Source of the DNA: a bacterium
GTDB lineage: Bacteria; JAAXHH01
Length of the DNA: 64,000 nt
Assembly (NCBI GenBank): GCA_965242885.1
Contig: CBDETH010000008.1
Coordinates: forward strand, 2,809,640-2,873,639
Reading direction: 5' to 3'
Positions 9,449 to 18,656 of this stretch are shown here, piece after piece (positions within the stretch are counted from its first letter, which is position 1; the number at the start of each line of letters is the position of its first letter). The notes beneath the pieces are model-generated. The model did no database searches. It saw nothing but the letters and a program-made list of their open reading frames with translations, and was not told the origin of the DNA. The position numbers and the translations under genes are program-made.

Positions 9449-11422
9449 TTGACCGACCTGGATCGGCAGTCGCAAACGAAGAGAACGCTGAAGGCTTACT
9501 TGCTGAGCCGCGTCCCCCGATTCGACCTTCCAGATGCCGCGACCTGGGAAGAAGAAGCCGGCAAGTTGCGAAAGACCGTGCTGGAGGAGGTGATTTTCAA
9601 GGGCGTGCCCGACGCGTGGAGAAACGGCGCGACCGAAGTCGAGTGGGGCGACGTGATCGAAACCGGCAAGGGATACCGGATTCGCAAGCTCACCTACCGT
9701 GCGCTGCCCGGCCAACCCGGCCAGCCCGGCCAACCGGGTCATACCGATCATCCCGATTATCCTGGCCAGTCGGGTCATCCTGGCCAGTCGGGTCATCCCG
9801 GCCTGGTCATCCCGGCCCTGCTCTACGAACCGGATGAACCGGCCGTTCCGGCACCGGGCGTGTTGAACCTGAACGGGCATGTGGGCCCGCCGGGCAAGGC
9901 GGTGGACTACAAGCAGATACGTTGCGTCAACCTGGCCCGCCGGGGCGTGTTCGCGCTGAATCCGGAGTGGCTGAACTTCGGGGAACTGCAGGGCCCGGGC
10001 TACCAGCACAACAACGCGAGCTACCTGGATCTGTGCGGTGTGGCCGGCATCGCCGTGTTCTACCTGGTCATGTGCCGCGCGCTGGAGGTGCTGCTGGACC
10101 TGGAACAGGTCGACCCGGAGCGGATCGCCGTGACGGGACTGTCCGGGGGTGGCTGGCAAACGATCGTGCTCGCCGCCCTGGACACGAGGGTGCGCCTTGC
10201 CGCGCCCAACGCCGGTTACATCGGCCTGGACTGCCGGGTCAATCACCGGGCCGACCGGGGTGACATCGAACAGAATGCCTCGGACCTCGCCGCGACGGCC
10301 GATTATCCCACGCTCACGGCCCTGCTCGCACCGCGTCCGGCCCTGCTCATGTATAACGAGTTCGACGACTGTTGCTTCCAGACTGCCAGGGCGCGGCCCT
10401 CGGTCTATGAACCGGTTCGTCCGCTGTACGATTCGCTCGGAAGGCCGGATGCCTTTGCATTCCACAACAACCTGGATCCGGGCACCCACAACTACGAGCG
10501 GGAACACCGGGAACGTTTCTACGGGTTTTTGAACCGGCATTTCCTGGACGGCCGGCCCGGCGCGCCGTCCCGCGACGAAGAGATTCCCTCGGAAGACGAA
10601 GTCCGCACCGAAGAAGAGTTGTGGGTCGGTACGCCGGCGGGCAACGCCGATTTCGTCTCCCTGGCCCGGTCCCTGGCCCGCGGCCTGGAACGCCGGAAGC
10701 CGCCGGAGGATCCCGCCGCTTTCTCCCGGTGGCAGGCGGCGGGCAGGGAACGGCTGAAGTCCCTGCTGCGGTTCCGGCCCCTGCCTGTAGAGCGCTTGAC
10801 CGGCCAGGCACCGCACGCGGGGGACGGTCGCCAGCTGGAACGCGCCTGTTACCACTTGCACGATGGGTGGGAGTTACCCGCCTTGACCACCGTTCCCACA
10901 GACCAAAGCAACGGAAAGATGCGCCTGATCCTGGCGGATGAAGGGCTGCAGGGAACGGAAGCCCTGGTAGAGGAAGCCCTGCGGGACAAGGTCGCGGTGA
11001 CGGTAGTAGAAGTGGTCATGCAGGGCGCCTGTGGACTGGGCAAGGCGCCCCATCAGTGGACGATGATGCTGGCATCGAGCGGAGACCGGATGCTGGGTCT
11101 CCAGGTCGCTCAGCTTGCGGCGGTCATGCATCATATGGGACCGGACCGGTTGGGTGTCGCGGCCCGGTTGGGCGTGGCGGCACGGGGACCCGTGTCCTCG
11201 GTGATCGCCCTGATGGCAGCGTCCCTTTGCGGCCGGCCGGTCGATGAAATCATACTGCATCGCGGCCTTGCAAGCCTGCACCGGTTGATCGATGAACCCG
11301 GTCGGTATGAATCCCTCTCGTCCCTCTTCTGCTTCGGACTGCTGGCCGAATTCGACATCGAGGACCTCATCGCGCTGGTCCGCCCCGCCCGGGTCGAACT
11401 CAGATCGGCCGCCGAACTGTGA
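9449..11422 (+). CDS. Alpha/beta-hydrolase-fold protein with collagen-like Gly-X-Y / His-rich insert
   Basis: Nucleophile elbow GLSGGGW plus a downstream Asp/His-containing region; PGQPGQPGQPGHTDHPDYPGQSGHPGQSGHPG triplet repeat at aa 86-118. The tabulated start is TTG, 2 nt after the upstream stop. Confidence 0.6.
   Translation: MTDLDRQSQTKRTLKAYLLSRVPRFDLPDAATWEEEAGKLRKTVLEEVIFKGVPDAWRNGATEVEWGDVIETGKGYRIRKLTYRALPGQPGQPGQPGHTDHPDYPGQSGHPGQSGHPGLVIPALLYEPDEPAVPAPGVLNLNGHVGPPGKAVDYKQIRCVNLARRGVFALNPEWLNFGELQGPGYQHNNASYLDLCGVAGIAVFYLVMCRALEVLLDLEQVDPERIAVTGLSGGGWQTIVLAALDTRVRLAAPNAGYIGLDCRVNHRADRGDIEQNASDLAATADYPTLTALLAPRPALLMYNEFDDCCFQTARARPSVYEPVRPLYDSLGRPDAFAFHNNLDPGTHNYEREHRERFYGFLNRHFLDGRPGAPSRDEEIPSEDEVRTEEELWVGTPAGNADFVSLARSLARGLERRKPPEDPAAFSRWQAAGRERLKSLLRFRPLPVERLTGQAPHAGDGRQLERACYHLHDGWELPALTTVPTDQSNGKMRLILADEGLQGTEALVEEALRDKVAVTVVEVVMQGACGLGKAPHQWTMMLASSGDRMLGLQVAQLAAVMHHMGPDRLGVAARLGVAARGPVSSVIALMAASLCGRPVDEIILHRGLASLHRLIDEPGRYESLSSLFCFGLLAEFDIEDLIALVRPARVELRSAAEL
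9706..9803 (+). repeat. In-frame collagen-like triplet repeat (cccggccaa/cccggccag units, then 18-bp x2 cctggccagtcgggtcat) encoding PGQPGQPGQPGH...PGQSGHPGQSGHPG
   Basis: Direct reading of the sequence. Confidence 0.9.
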
Positions 11423-11434
11423 CGCGGCAGGAAA

Positions 11435-12685
11435 CTACAACGCGGATCGGATGGCCTCGATGACCAGCCGGGAAGGCAACGTACGAAGGCAGAGGGCGCC
11501 CCGGGTGACCGTCGACGTGAGGGGCTCGTGCCGGCAGGTCATAAAACAGCCCCGGCAAGGCAGGTAATCCGGATGTGAGACGGTTTGCAGGTTCTTGAAA
11601 CCGTAGCTTTCCGGATAGGGAAAGAAGTACCCGATGTGGCTGTCCGGACAGACACATACCGTGGGTGTTCCCATCACCGTCGCGATATGACTCAGTCCCG
11701 AGTCCAGTCCGGCGAACAGGCGTGCCTCCCGAATCAACTCCATAGCCTCGGTTAAACCCGTTTCGACCACGCGAACGCCGGGCGGCGCCGTTCGGCTCAC
11801 TTCGTCGGCCTTGCCGGGCTCGACCAGCGCGACAAACGGCAATTCAGGGAATGCGCGGATCGTCTCCGCCCACCGCGCCGGCGGGTAGTCCTTCCTCCGA
11901 TTGTCGCTGCGGGGTTGCCACGCCACGTACTCCCCGGGTTCGATCCCGTGCCGGCGGCACGCGCCGGTTCCCGATCCGACGTGATCCAGTTCCGGCAGCC
12001 AGGCTTCCCCGCCGTCCGTTTCGACGCCGCATTGCACCAGCACGCGGTGAATGTAATGGGCGTTGTGATGCAGTAAATGGCATGGGACGTCGTCCTTGTC
12101 CACGCCTTCCCTTCCCTCGTATCTGGGCACGACCTCGTACCCGGCAGGATAAGGCCGCTCCGGCGCCAGGTCATTACCGAGATGGTATCCTTCGTAGACG
12201 AACTTGCGGTCCGCCCGCACGGCGGCAAGCACGGAATCCAGGGCGAAGAGTCCGCCGTAGAACGTATGGATGTCCGTGATGACGCACCGGAACGACCGGT
12301 TCGCGATCCCTTCGAGCGATGCGGCCCGGGTACCACCGGATCCTGTCAGGCCTGTGGCCGGAGCGCCTCCGGACCCCGTCAGGTCCGCGACCGGTTCGGG
12401 GAACGGCAGGAAGACGTCCACATGCGGTTCGACGAGCGGCCGTACGCGGGATCTTCCCAGGAACCAGACAGGACTTGGGTGAAACCACCGCCGCATCCGC
12501 TTGAGATGCCCGGTGGCCAGGACCACGTCTCCGATCCGTCCCCATGCCACGTAGAGCACGGGTCTGGGTTCCGGTTCCGGCCTTCGTGCAGCACGGACCG
12601 TCCATCGCCTGTTCTCGCGTCGCGATTTCCGGTTCCGGCACGCGAAGTAAAGCCGGTACGCGATGTTGTTGATCGTTTTCCACAT
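11435..12685 (-). CDS. Glycosyltransferase family 9 (heptosyltransferase-like)
   Basis: C-terminal GLDSGLSHIATVMGTPTVCV block is typical of GT9. I chose the start at MWKTINN (12685); the ORF track's extension to 12943 is basic low-complexity sequence and is probably not translated. Confidence 0.65.
   Translation of the reverse strand: MWKTINNIAYRLYFACRNRKSRRENRRWTVRAARRPEPEPRPVLYVAWGRIGDVVLATGHLKRMRRWFHPSPVWFLGRSRVRPLVEPHVDVFLPFPEPVADLTGSGGAPATGLTGSGGTRAASLEGIANRSFRCVITDIHTFYGGLFALDSVLAAVRADRKFVYEGYHLGNDLAPERPYPAGYEVVPRYEGREGVDKDDVPCHLLHHNAHYIHRVLVQCGVETDGGEAWLPELDHVGSGTGACRRHGIEPGEYVAWQPRSDNRRKDYPPARWAETIRAFPELPFVALVEPGKADEVSRTAPPGVRVVETGLTEAMELIREARLFAGLDSGLSHIATVMGTPTVCVCPDSHIGYFFPYPESYGFKNLQTVSHPDYLPCRGCFMTCRHEPLTSTVTRGALCLRTLPSRLVIEAIRSAL
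12319..12400. repeat. Imperfect ~27-bp tandem duplication inside the GT9 gene encoding GLTGSGGxxA x2
   Basis: cctgtcaggcctgtggccgg / ccccgtcaggtccgcgaccgg. Confidence 0.6.
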
Positions 12686-12978
12686 GACATGTCGGCGACG
12701 TGTGCGGCGTGGTTCCCCGGCCATGGAATCGACCCCGGTACAGACCGCGGTTTTATTGAATGACGCCCCGTCCCCTTTTGTATAGATGTACTTGACAGGA
12801 TGTCCTGATATTACGTTATTTCGGCCGTCCCGGCAAGTCGGGGTTGGCCGTCGGGATCGGTACACGGCAGATATGCTTAGATGACGGAAACAATCGCCCC
12901 GTGCCCGCTGTCTCATGGTAGGGGCGGTATGTGGGAATTTCATGTGAATATCGAGCTATTGCGAAGGAGCTGGCACCG

Positions 12979-14046
12979 ATGATCAACCGCGCCTGGTACT
13001 GGTTGGGTTCGGCCGCGTGCATGGCGGCTGTACTGACGGCCTCGGGCTGCAGTGAGAGCGGCAGCGCCGCCAACGAAGCCTCCGCCGTGGAGGAGACACG
13101 GTCCGTAAACGTGGTGACCCGGGTGGTCGAGCCTCAAGCGTTCATCAACCACCTCAGGCTGGTGGGCGAAGTCAAACCGGTACGTCGCGTCGTGGTGAGT
13201 ATCGAAGCGACCGGATTGGTTGAGGGCATCGAGGTCGAAAAGGGCGAATCCGTGCGTCAGAACGCCGTGCTTGCCCGTCTGGACGACGAACTGCTCAAGG
13301 CTGCCGCGGACGAGGCCGAAGCGGCCGTAAACGCCAGCGGCCTGACCCTGCGCAACCAGAAGCGGCTGTTTGAGCAGAAAGCCCTTGCGGAGTCCGTTTA
13401 CCTCGACACCAAGTACCGCCATGACATTGATCTCGCGCGGCATCAGCAGGCCCGGACCTACCTGAGCAAGACGGTCATCCGGGCGCCGATCTCCGGCGTG
13501 GTGGACAGCCGAGATCTCGAGGTGGGCGAACTGGCTACGCCCGGAAGGGAATTGTTGGACCTGGTAGATATCGACCGGGTCAAGATCGTGGCCGGAGTCC
13601 CTGAACGGCACTTGAAACACGTCACGGCCGGCACGCGGGCTACCCTGACGTTCCCCGCTTATCCGGACGTCATTCTGGAAGCGGACATTTCCTATATCGG
13701 AACGACGCTGGACCCGGACAGCCGAACCGTACCCGTGGAAATCACGCTGGACAATCCGACGCACCGGCTCAAGCCCGAAATGGCCGTCACGATCCGCGTC
13801 GTCAAAGACAACATACCGGAAGCCATAGTCATCCCCCAGGACGCGGTAATCGACACTGATCAGGGCCGTATCGTATTCGTTGCAGACCAGAATGTCGCCC
13901 GGTCCGTGCCGGTCGCACTGGGATCGACTTCCGGCGGCCAGGTGCTGGTAACAGACGGGCTCGCGACGGGCGACACCCTCATTGTCGTCGGCCACCGCAA
14001 CCTGGTAAACGGTGAAGCCATTCAGGTCAGAAACGAAGGGATGTAG
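12979..14046 (+). CDS. Efflux RND transporter periplasmic adaptor subunit (membrane fusion protein)
   Basis: Lipoprotein-type signal (AAVLTASGCSE) followed by HlyD-like barrel-sandwich and beta-barrel regions; sits upstream of an RND pump gene. Confidence 0.85.
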   Translation: MINRAWYWLGSAACMAAVLTASGCSESGSAANEASAVEETRSVNVVTRVVEPQAFINHLRLVGEVKPVRRVVVSIEATGLVEGIEVEKGESVRQNAVLARLDDELLKAAADEAEAAVNASGLTLRNQKRLFEQKALAESVYLDTKYRHDIDLARHQQARTYLSKTVIRAPISGVVDSRDLEVGELATPGRELLDLVDIDRVKIVAGVPERHLKHVTAGTRATLTFPAYPDVILEADISYIGTTLDPDSRTVPVEITLDNPTHRLKPEMAVTIRVVKDNIPEAIVIPQDAVIDTDQGRIVFVADQNVARSVPVALGSTSGGQVLVTDGLATGDTLIVVGHRNLVNGEAIQVRNEGM

Positions 14047-14091
14047 CACGGTGACAGCGATTGCCGAAAGCATCCACGGGAGTATTTCTAC

Positions 14092-17000
14092 TTGAAAGTA
14101 TCTGACCTGGCTATCACAAACAAAATCAGTATCTTCGTCCTGACCGGGGCCGTCATTCTCCTCGGTTTCATGTCGTACCTGTCCCTGCCGCGCGAATCAA
14201 CCCCCTCGATCACCATACCGATCGTTTTCGTCGCCACCCCCTATTTCGGCGTGTCTCCCGCGGACATCGAGAACCTCGTTACCCAGCCCATCGAGAAACA
14301 TCTCGAAGATCTGTCCAACGTGAAGGTGATCACCTCTACCTCCAGCGAAGGCATCTCGACGGTGGTCATCGAATTCGAAACCGACGTCGACATCAACAAT
14401 GCGCTCCAGAAGGTTCGTGAAGAGGTCGACCTCGCGCGGACCGAGATCCCGGAAGACGCGGAGGAATCCACCGTCCAGGAGATCAACTTCGACGACATCC
14501 CCATCCTGGTGATCAACGTCGCGGGGACCCACAGCCTGGTAACGCTGAAAGATATCGCGGAGGACCTGGAGCAGCGCATCGAACAGATCCCGGGCGTGCT
14601 GGACGTAACGGTCGCGGGCGGACTGGAGCGGGAAGTACAGGTCAACGTCGATCCGGATCGGCTGGTATACTACGGCCTGGAACTCGATGATATCATCGAA
14701 ACGATTCGCCAGGAAAACCTGAATATGCCCGGCGGTTCGATCAAGACCGGAACCCTGCGGTACGCTGTCCGGGTCCCCGGTGAATTCACGACGCCGGAGG
14801 AGATCGGGGCGCTGGTGGTCGAGACCCGCAATCGGCAACCCATCGCCATCACGGACGTGGCGGAGGTCCGGTTCGGTTTCAAGGAAGAATCCTCCTTCGC
14901 CCGGCTGAACGGCCTGCCCTGCGTGACTTTGAACGTACAGAAACGCAGCGGGGAGAACCTGATTCAGATCGCCGACACCGTGAAGGAGTTGCTGGACGTG
15001 GAACGGGGAAGGTTGCCGGCGACGGTAAACCTGGCGGTCCTGGCGGACCAGTCCAAGGACATCCGGTCCATGGTCAGCGACCTGGAGAACAACATCATCT
15101 CCGGCCTGATCCTCGTCGTCTGCGTGCTGTTCATGTTCATGGGCGTGCGCAACGCCCTTTTCGTGGCCATAGCGATACCGCTGTCCATGCTGATCTCCTT
15201 CATCGTACTCGACATCCTGGGTTACACCCTGAACATGATCGTGCTTTTCAGCCTGATCCTGGCACTCGGCATGCTGGTGGACAACGCCATCGTCATCGTC
15301 GAGAACATCTACCGCCACCGCGAGGAAGGCAGGCCCCTGGTCCGCGCCGCCCGCGAAGGCGTGGGCGAAGTGGCCGTGCCGGTCTGCACTTCCACCCTCA
15401 CCACATTGTGCGCCTTCGCCCCCATGCTGTTTTGGCCGGGCATCATCGGCGACTTCATGAGCTACCTGCCGGCCACACTGATCATCACCCTGTCGGCCTC
15501 CCTTTTCGTCGCCCTCATCATCAATCCCACGGTCTGCTCCGTGTTGCTCACCGTGAACACGGCCCAGAAGGACCAGAAGTGGCTGTTGACCCTGCGCCGG
15601 CGGTACAGCCGGTTTCTCATGTGGGCACTGGCCCACAGAGCGCCGGTCATGTTCGTCACCTGCGGCGTACTCTTCGGGATGATCGTGCTTTACGGGTTGA
15701 TCGGCAAGGGCGTGGAGTTCTTCCCGGAGACCGAGCCCAACCAGGCTTACATCGACGTCAATACGGCGATCGGCACCCAGCTGGACGTCTCCGACGGCGT
15801 GGTCCGGCAGGCGGAGGATTTCATACAGGACGTGCCCGACATGAACCAGTACGTCGCCAGCGTGGGGGCAGCCTCGGACTCCCAGAATCCCGGCTCCGGT
15901 GGCGGCGGCGGGACGCCCCACAGGTCGCGCATCATCGTCGACCTGGTGGAACGGCAGGACCGGGAACAGTCCTCCTTCGACACGGTGGAGATGATCAGAC
16001 AGCGGATGGAACGGCTCATCGGCGCCGACGTGGAAATCGTAACGCCCGATGTCGGTCCGCCCACCGCGGCGCCGGTGAACATCGAAATCGTGGGGGAGGA
16101 TTTCGCCGTACTCGGCCGGCTGGCCGACCAGGTGATGCTGCGCATCGAGAACATACCGGGCCTGGTGGATCTCAAGGACGACTACGATTCGGGCAAGCCT
16201 GAACTGAAAGTCGAAATCGACCGTGAACAGGCCGCCCTGCTGGAAATGAACACCGCAGAGATCGCACGGGCGGTACGCACCGCCATCAATGGTACGGAAG
16301 CCTCCAAGTACCGGGTAGGGGAGGAAGAATACGACATCGTGGTCCGGTTCGCCGAACCCGAGCGGGCCACGTTCGCCGACCTGGAACGTATCCACATCAT
16401 CCATGAGGACGAGTTGGTATCGCTGAGCACCCTGGCACGGACCCGGGTGGACGGCGGCGTGGGGTCCATCAAGCGGAAAGACCAGGAACGCGTACTGACC
16501 ATCGAAGGCGACGTGGAGGGCCGTCTCGCGAACGACGTGCTCGCGGACGTGCAAGCCGCCCTGGCGGTACTCGAACTGCCCCAGGGATACGCTCTTCGGT
16601 ACGCCGGTGAGAACGTCGAACAGGAGGAAGCGACCGACTTTCTGTCCAGGGCTTTTTTCATCGCCCTGATCATGATCACGCTCGTGCTCGTCACGCAGTT
16701 CAATTCCGTCACCATGCCCTTTATCATCATGATGTCCGTGGTGCTGTCGCTGATCGGGGTCCTGTTTGGACTGATCGTGACGGCCACGCCCTTCGGCATC
16801 ATCATGACCGGCATCGGGGTCATCAGTCTGGCCGGTGTCGTCGTAAACAATGCCATCGTACTGATCGATTACATCAGAAAACTCAGAAACCGCGGCCTGC
16901 GGCGGAGGGAAGCGATCGTCCAGGGCGGAGTAACCCGGCTGCGGCCGGTCCTTTTGACGGCGGTCACGACCATCCTCGGCCTCATTCCCCTGACCACCGG

Positions 17001-17247
17001 GTTCAGCTTCAATTTTATGACGCTCTCGCTCGAGATCGGTGGCGAAAGCTCGCAGTGGTGGGGTCCCATGGGAGTGGCCGTGATCTTCGGGCTGGCCATA
17101 GCCACCGTGCTGACCCTGATCGTGGTGCCCGTCATGTACGACTTCGTGTCGGGATGGACCGAACGGGGCGACGCGGAGGAGAAGGCGGAGGAAGAAAGCG
17201 GGCGGGACAGCGGTACGGCCGTTGAGCAGCCCGTACCCGCGGTATGA
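14092..17247 (+). CDS. RND efflux transporter permease (AcrB/CzcA superfamily)
   Basis: 1051 aa; twelve TM segments with two large periplasmic loops; conserved TM4 motif ALGMLVDNAIVIVEN. Confidence 0.9.
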   Translation: MKVSDLAITNKISIFVLTGAVILLGFMSYLSLPRESTPSITIPIVFVATPYFGVSPADIENLVTQPIEKHLEDLSNVKVITSTSSEGISTVVIEFETDVDINNALQKVREEVDLARTEIPEDAEESTVQEINFDDIPILVINVAGTHSLVTLKDIAEDLEQRIEQIPGVLDVTVAGGLEREVQVNVDPDRLVYYGLELDDIIETIRQENLNMPGGSIKTGTLRYAVRVPGEFTTPEEIGALVVETRNRQPIAITDVAEVRFGFKEESSFARLNGLPCVTLNVQKRSGENLIQIADTVKELLDVERGRLPATVNLAVLADQSKDIRSMVSDLENNIISGLILVVCVLFMFMGVRNALFVAIAIPLSMLISFIVLDILGYTLNMIVLFSLILALGMLVDNAIVIVENIYRHREEGRPLVRAAREGVGEVAVPVCTSTLTTLCAFAPMLFWPGIIGDFMSYLPATLIITLSASLFVALIINPTVCSVLLTVNTAQKDQKWLLTLRRRYSRFLMWALAHRAPVMFVTCGVLFGMIVLYGLIGKGVEFFPETEPNQAYIDVNTAIGTQLDVSDGVVRQAEDFIQDVPDMNQYVASVGAASDSQNPGSGGGGGTPHRSRIIVDLVERQDREQSSFDTVEMIRQRMERLIGADVEIVTPDVGPPTAAPVNIEIVGEDFAVLGRLADQVMLRIENIPGLVDLKDDYDSGKPELKVEIDREQAALLEMNTAEIARAVRTAINGTEASKYRVGEEEYDIVVRFAEPERATFADLERIHIIHEDELVSLSTLARTRVDGGVGSIKRKDQERVLTIEGDVEGRLANDVLADVQAALAVLELPQGYALRYAGENVEQEEATDFLSRAFFIALIMITLVLVTQFNSVTMPFIIMMSVVLSLIGVLFGLIVTATPFGIIMTGIGVISLAGVVVNNAIVLIDYIRKLRNRGLRRREAIVQGGVTRLRPVLLTAVTTILGLIPLTTGFSFNFMTLSLEIGGESSQWWGPMGVAVIFGLAIATVLTLIVVPVMYDFVSGWTERGDAEEKAEEESGRDSGTAVEQPVPAV

Positions 17248-17279
17248 CCGTAAGCCGGAGCGTTAAGCTGGAGGAAAGT

Positions 17280-18632
17280 ATGATTCGCACCGTAATAAAC
17301 GCGGTGGTGACGATCGCCATAGCGGCCGGCGTCGCACTTCCGTTGTCCGCCCAGCAGGCCGACGAGATCGTGCTTACGCTCGACCGGGCGGTCGAGCTTG
17401 CACTCAGGAATAACGAATCCCTGCTGAGCACCCGGCTGGAGGAAGACCGGGCCCGGGCGCGCGTGCGGGAAGCCTATTCCGAAGCGCTGCCCAAGCTCGA
17501 CTTCAGCAGTTCCATCACCCGGAACTGGGCTCTTCCGGAGTTCAATTTCGGCGGCCAGACCTTCAAGGTAGGCACCGACAACGTGATCAACTTCGGACTC
17601 GATCTTTCCCAGACCATCTATCGGGGCGGACAGGTCGGCGTCGGCCTGAGAATCGCGCGGTACTACCAGCAGATTTCGACGTCCAACACGGATCGTATGC
17701 GGGGGGACATCGTGCACCAGGTCCACGACGGGTACTACGATGTCCTTCTGGCCGAAGCCACGCTGGAGGTGACCACGGCAGCCTACGACCGTGCCGTAGC
17801 CCAGTACGAGGGCGTTCAGCGGTTTTACGAAGCCGGGACGGTATCGGACTATGACGTGCTCAGGGCTCGGGTGGAAGTGACCAACGCCCTCCCGCCGGTC
17901 ACCCAGGCCCGGAACCGGCTCGCGATCGCGCAAGCGAATCTCAAGCGCCTGATCGGACTGCCCCGGCAATCGGATGTACGGTGTACCGGCAGCCTCGACG
18001 TGGACGCATCCGGCTTGCCGGAGAATATCGAAACGGCCGTGGACCAGGCGTTGGCGAACCGATCGGACCTGAAAGCCGCCCGGTTGCAGACCACGATGAA
18101 CGATGCGGCAATCCGGCTTGCCCGGGGAGAAAACGGACTCGACGTATCGCTTTCCGCGGGATACCTGATGCAGGCCCAGGTGAACGACCCCGGCTTCAAG
18201 TCGATCGGGTTCAACGACTTCTCCCGAAGCTGGAACACGCTCATCAACGTATCGATTCCGGTCTTCGACGGCAGGCAGAACTCGGGCCGCATCATGCAGG
18301 CCCAGGCGGACTATGAACTGTCCCGTTACGTCGAACGCCAGCTCGGGAAGCAGATCGAGGTGGACGTCACCGAGGCCGTGCTCAACGTGGTGGAGGCTTC
18401 GGAACGCGTAAAGGCGGGTGAAGAGGCCGTCGAACTGGCCAGCCGCGGCCTGTCCATCGCGCAGGTGCAGTACGAGGGCGGCGTCAGCACGCAGCTCGAG
18501 CTCATCGACGCCCAGTTCGTGCTGAAACAGGCCGAGACCGATCACGTTACGGCGAAGTACGATTACGCCACGGCCACCGCGAATTTGCGGAACGTCCTGG
18601 GCATGATGGACGGCCGATCGGATAAGCAGTAG
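17280..18632 (+). CDS. TolC-family outer membrane efflux protein
   Basis: Signal peptide and duplicated alpha-helical/beta-barrel OEP repeats. ATG at 17280 is preceded by GGAGGAAAG; the stop of the RND gene overlaps. Confidence 0.85.
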   Translation: MIRTVINAVVTIAIAAGVALPLSAQQADEIVLTLDRAVELALRNNESLLSTRLEEDRARARVREAYSEALPKLDFSSSITRNWALPEFNFGGQTFKVGTDNVINFGLDLSQTIYRGGQVGVGLRIARYYQQISTSNTDRMRGDIVHQVHDGYYDVLLAEATLEVTTAAYDRAVAQYEGVQRFYEAGTVSDYDVLRARVEVTNALPPVTQARNRLAIAQANLKRLIGLPRQSDVRCTGSLDVDASGLPENIETAVDQALANRSDLKAARLQTTMNDAAIRLARGENGLDVSLSAGYLMQAQVNDPGFKSIGFNDFSRSWNTLINVSIPVFDGRQNSGRIMQAQADYELSRYVERQLGKQIEVDVTEAVLNVVEASERVKAGEEAVELASRGLSIAQVQYEGGVSTQLELIDAQFVLKQAETDHVTAKYDYATATANLRNVLGMMDGRSDKQ

Positions 18633-18656
18633 GGCAGCCGGTCCGTTGCGGTCGGT

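Noticed and set aside
14197-16554. 785-aa ORF antisense to the RND pump gene, and similar long antisense ORFs (6740-8557, 9422-10861, 12940-14073, 16869-18545, 33894-35135, 36349-37515, 39456-40490, 40453-41883, 41982-43577, 44655-45674, 48027-49034, 58904-60304, 59571-60773, 60690-61733, 62296-63141)
   Set aside because: Each lies opposite a gene with unambiguous family motifs. Their translations are Arg/Gly/Pro-rich low-complexity sequence typical of stop-codon-poor antisense frames in 65% GC DNA.
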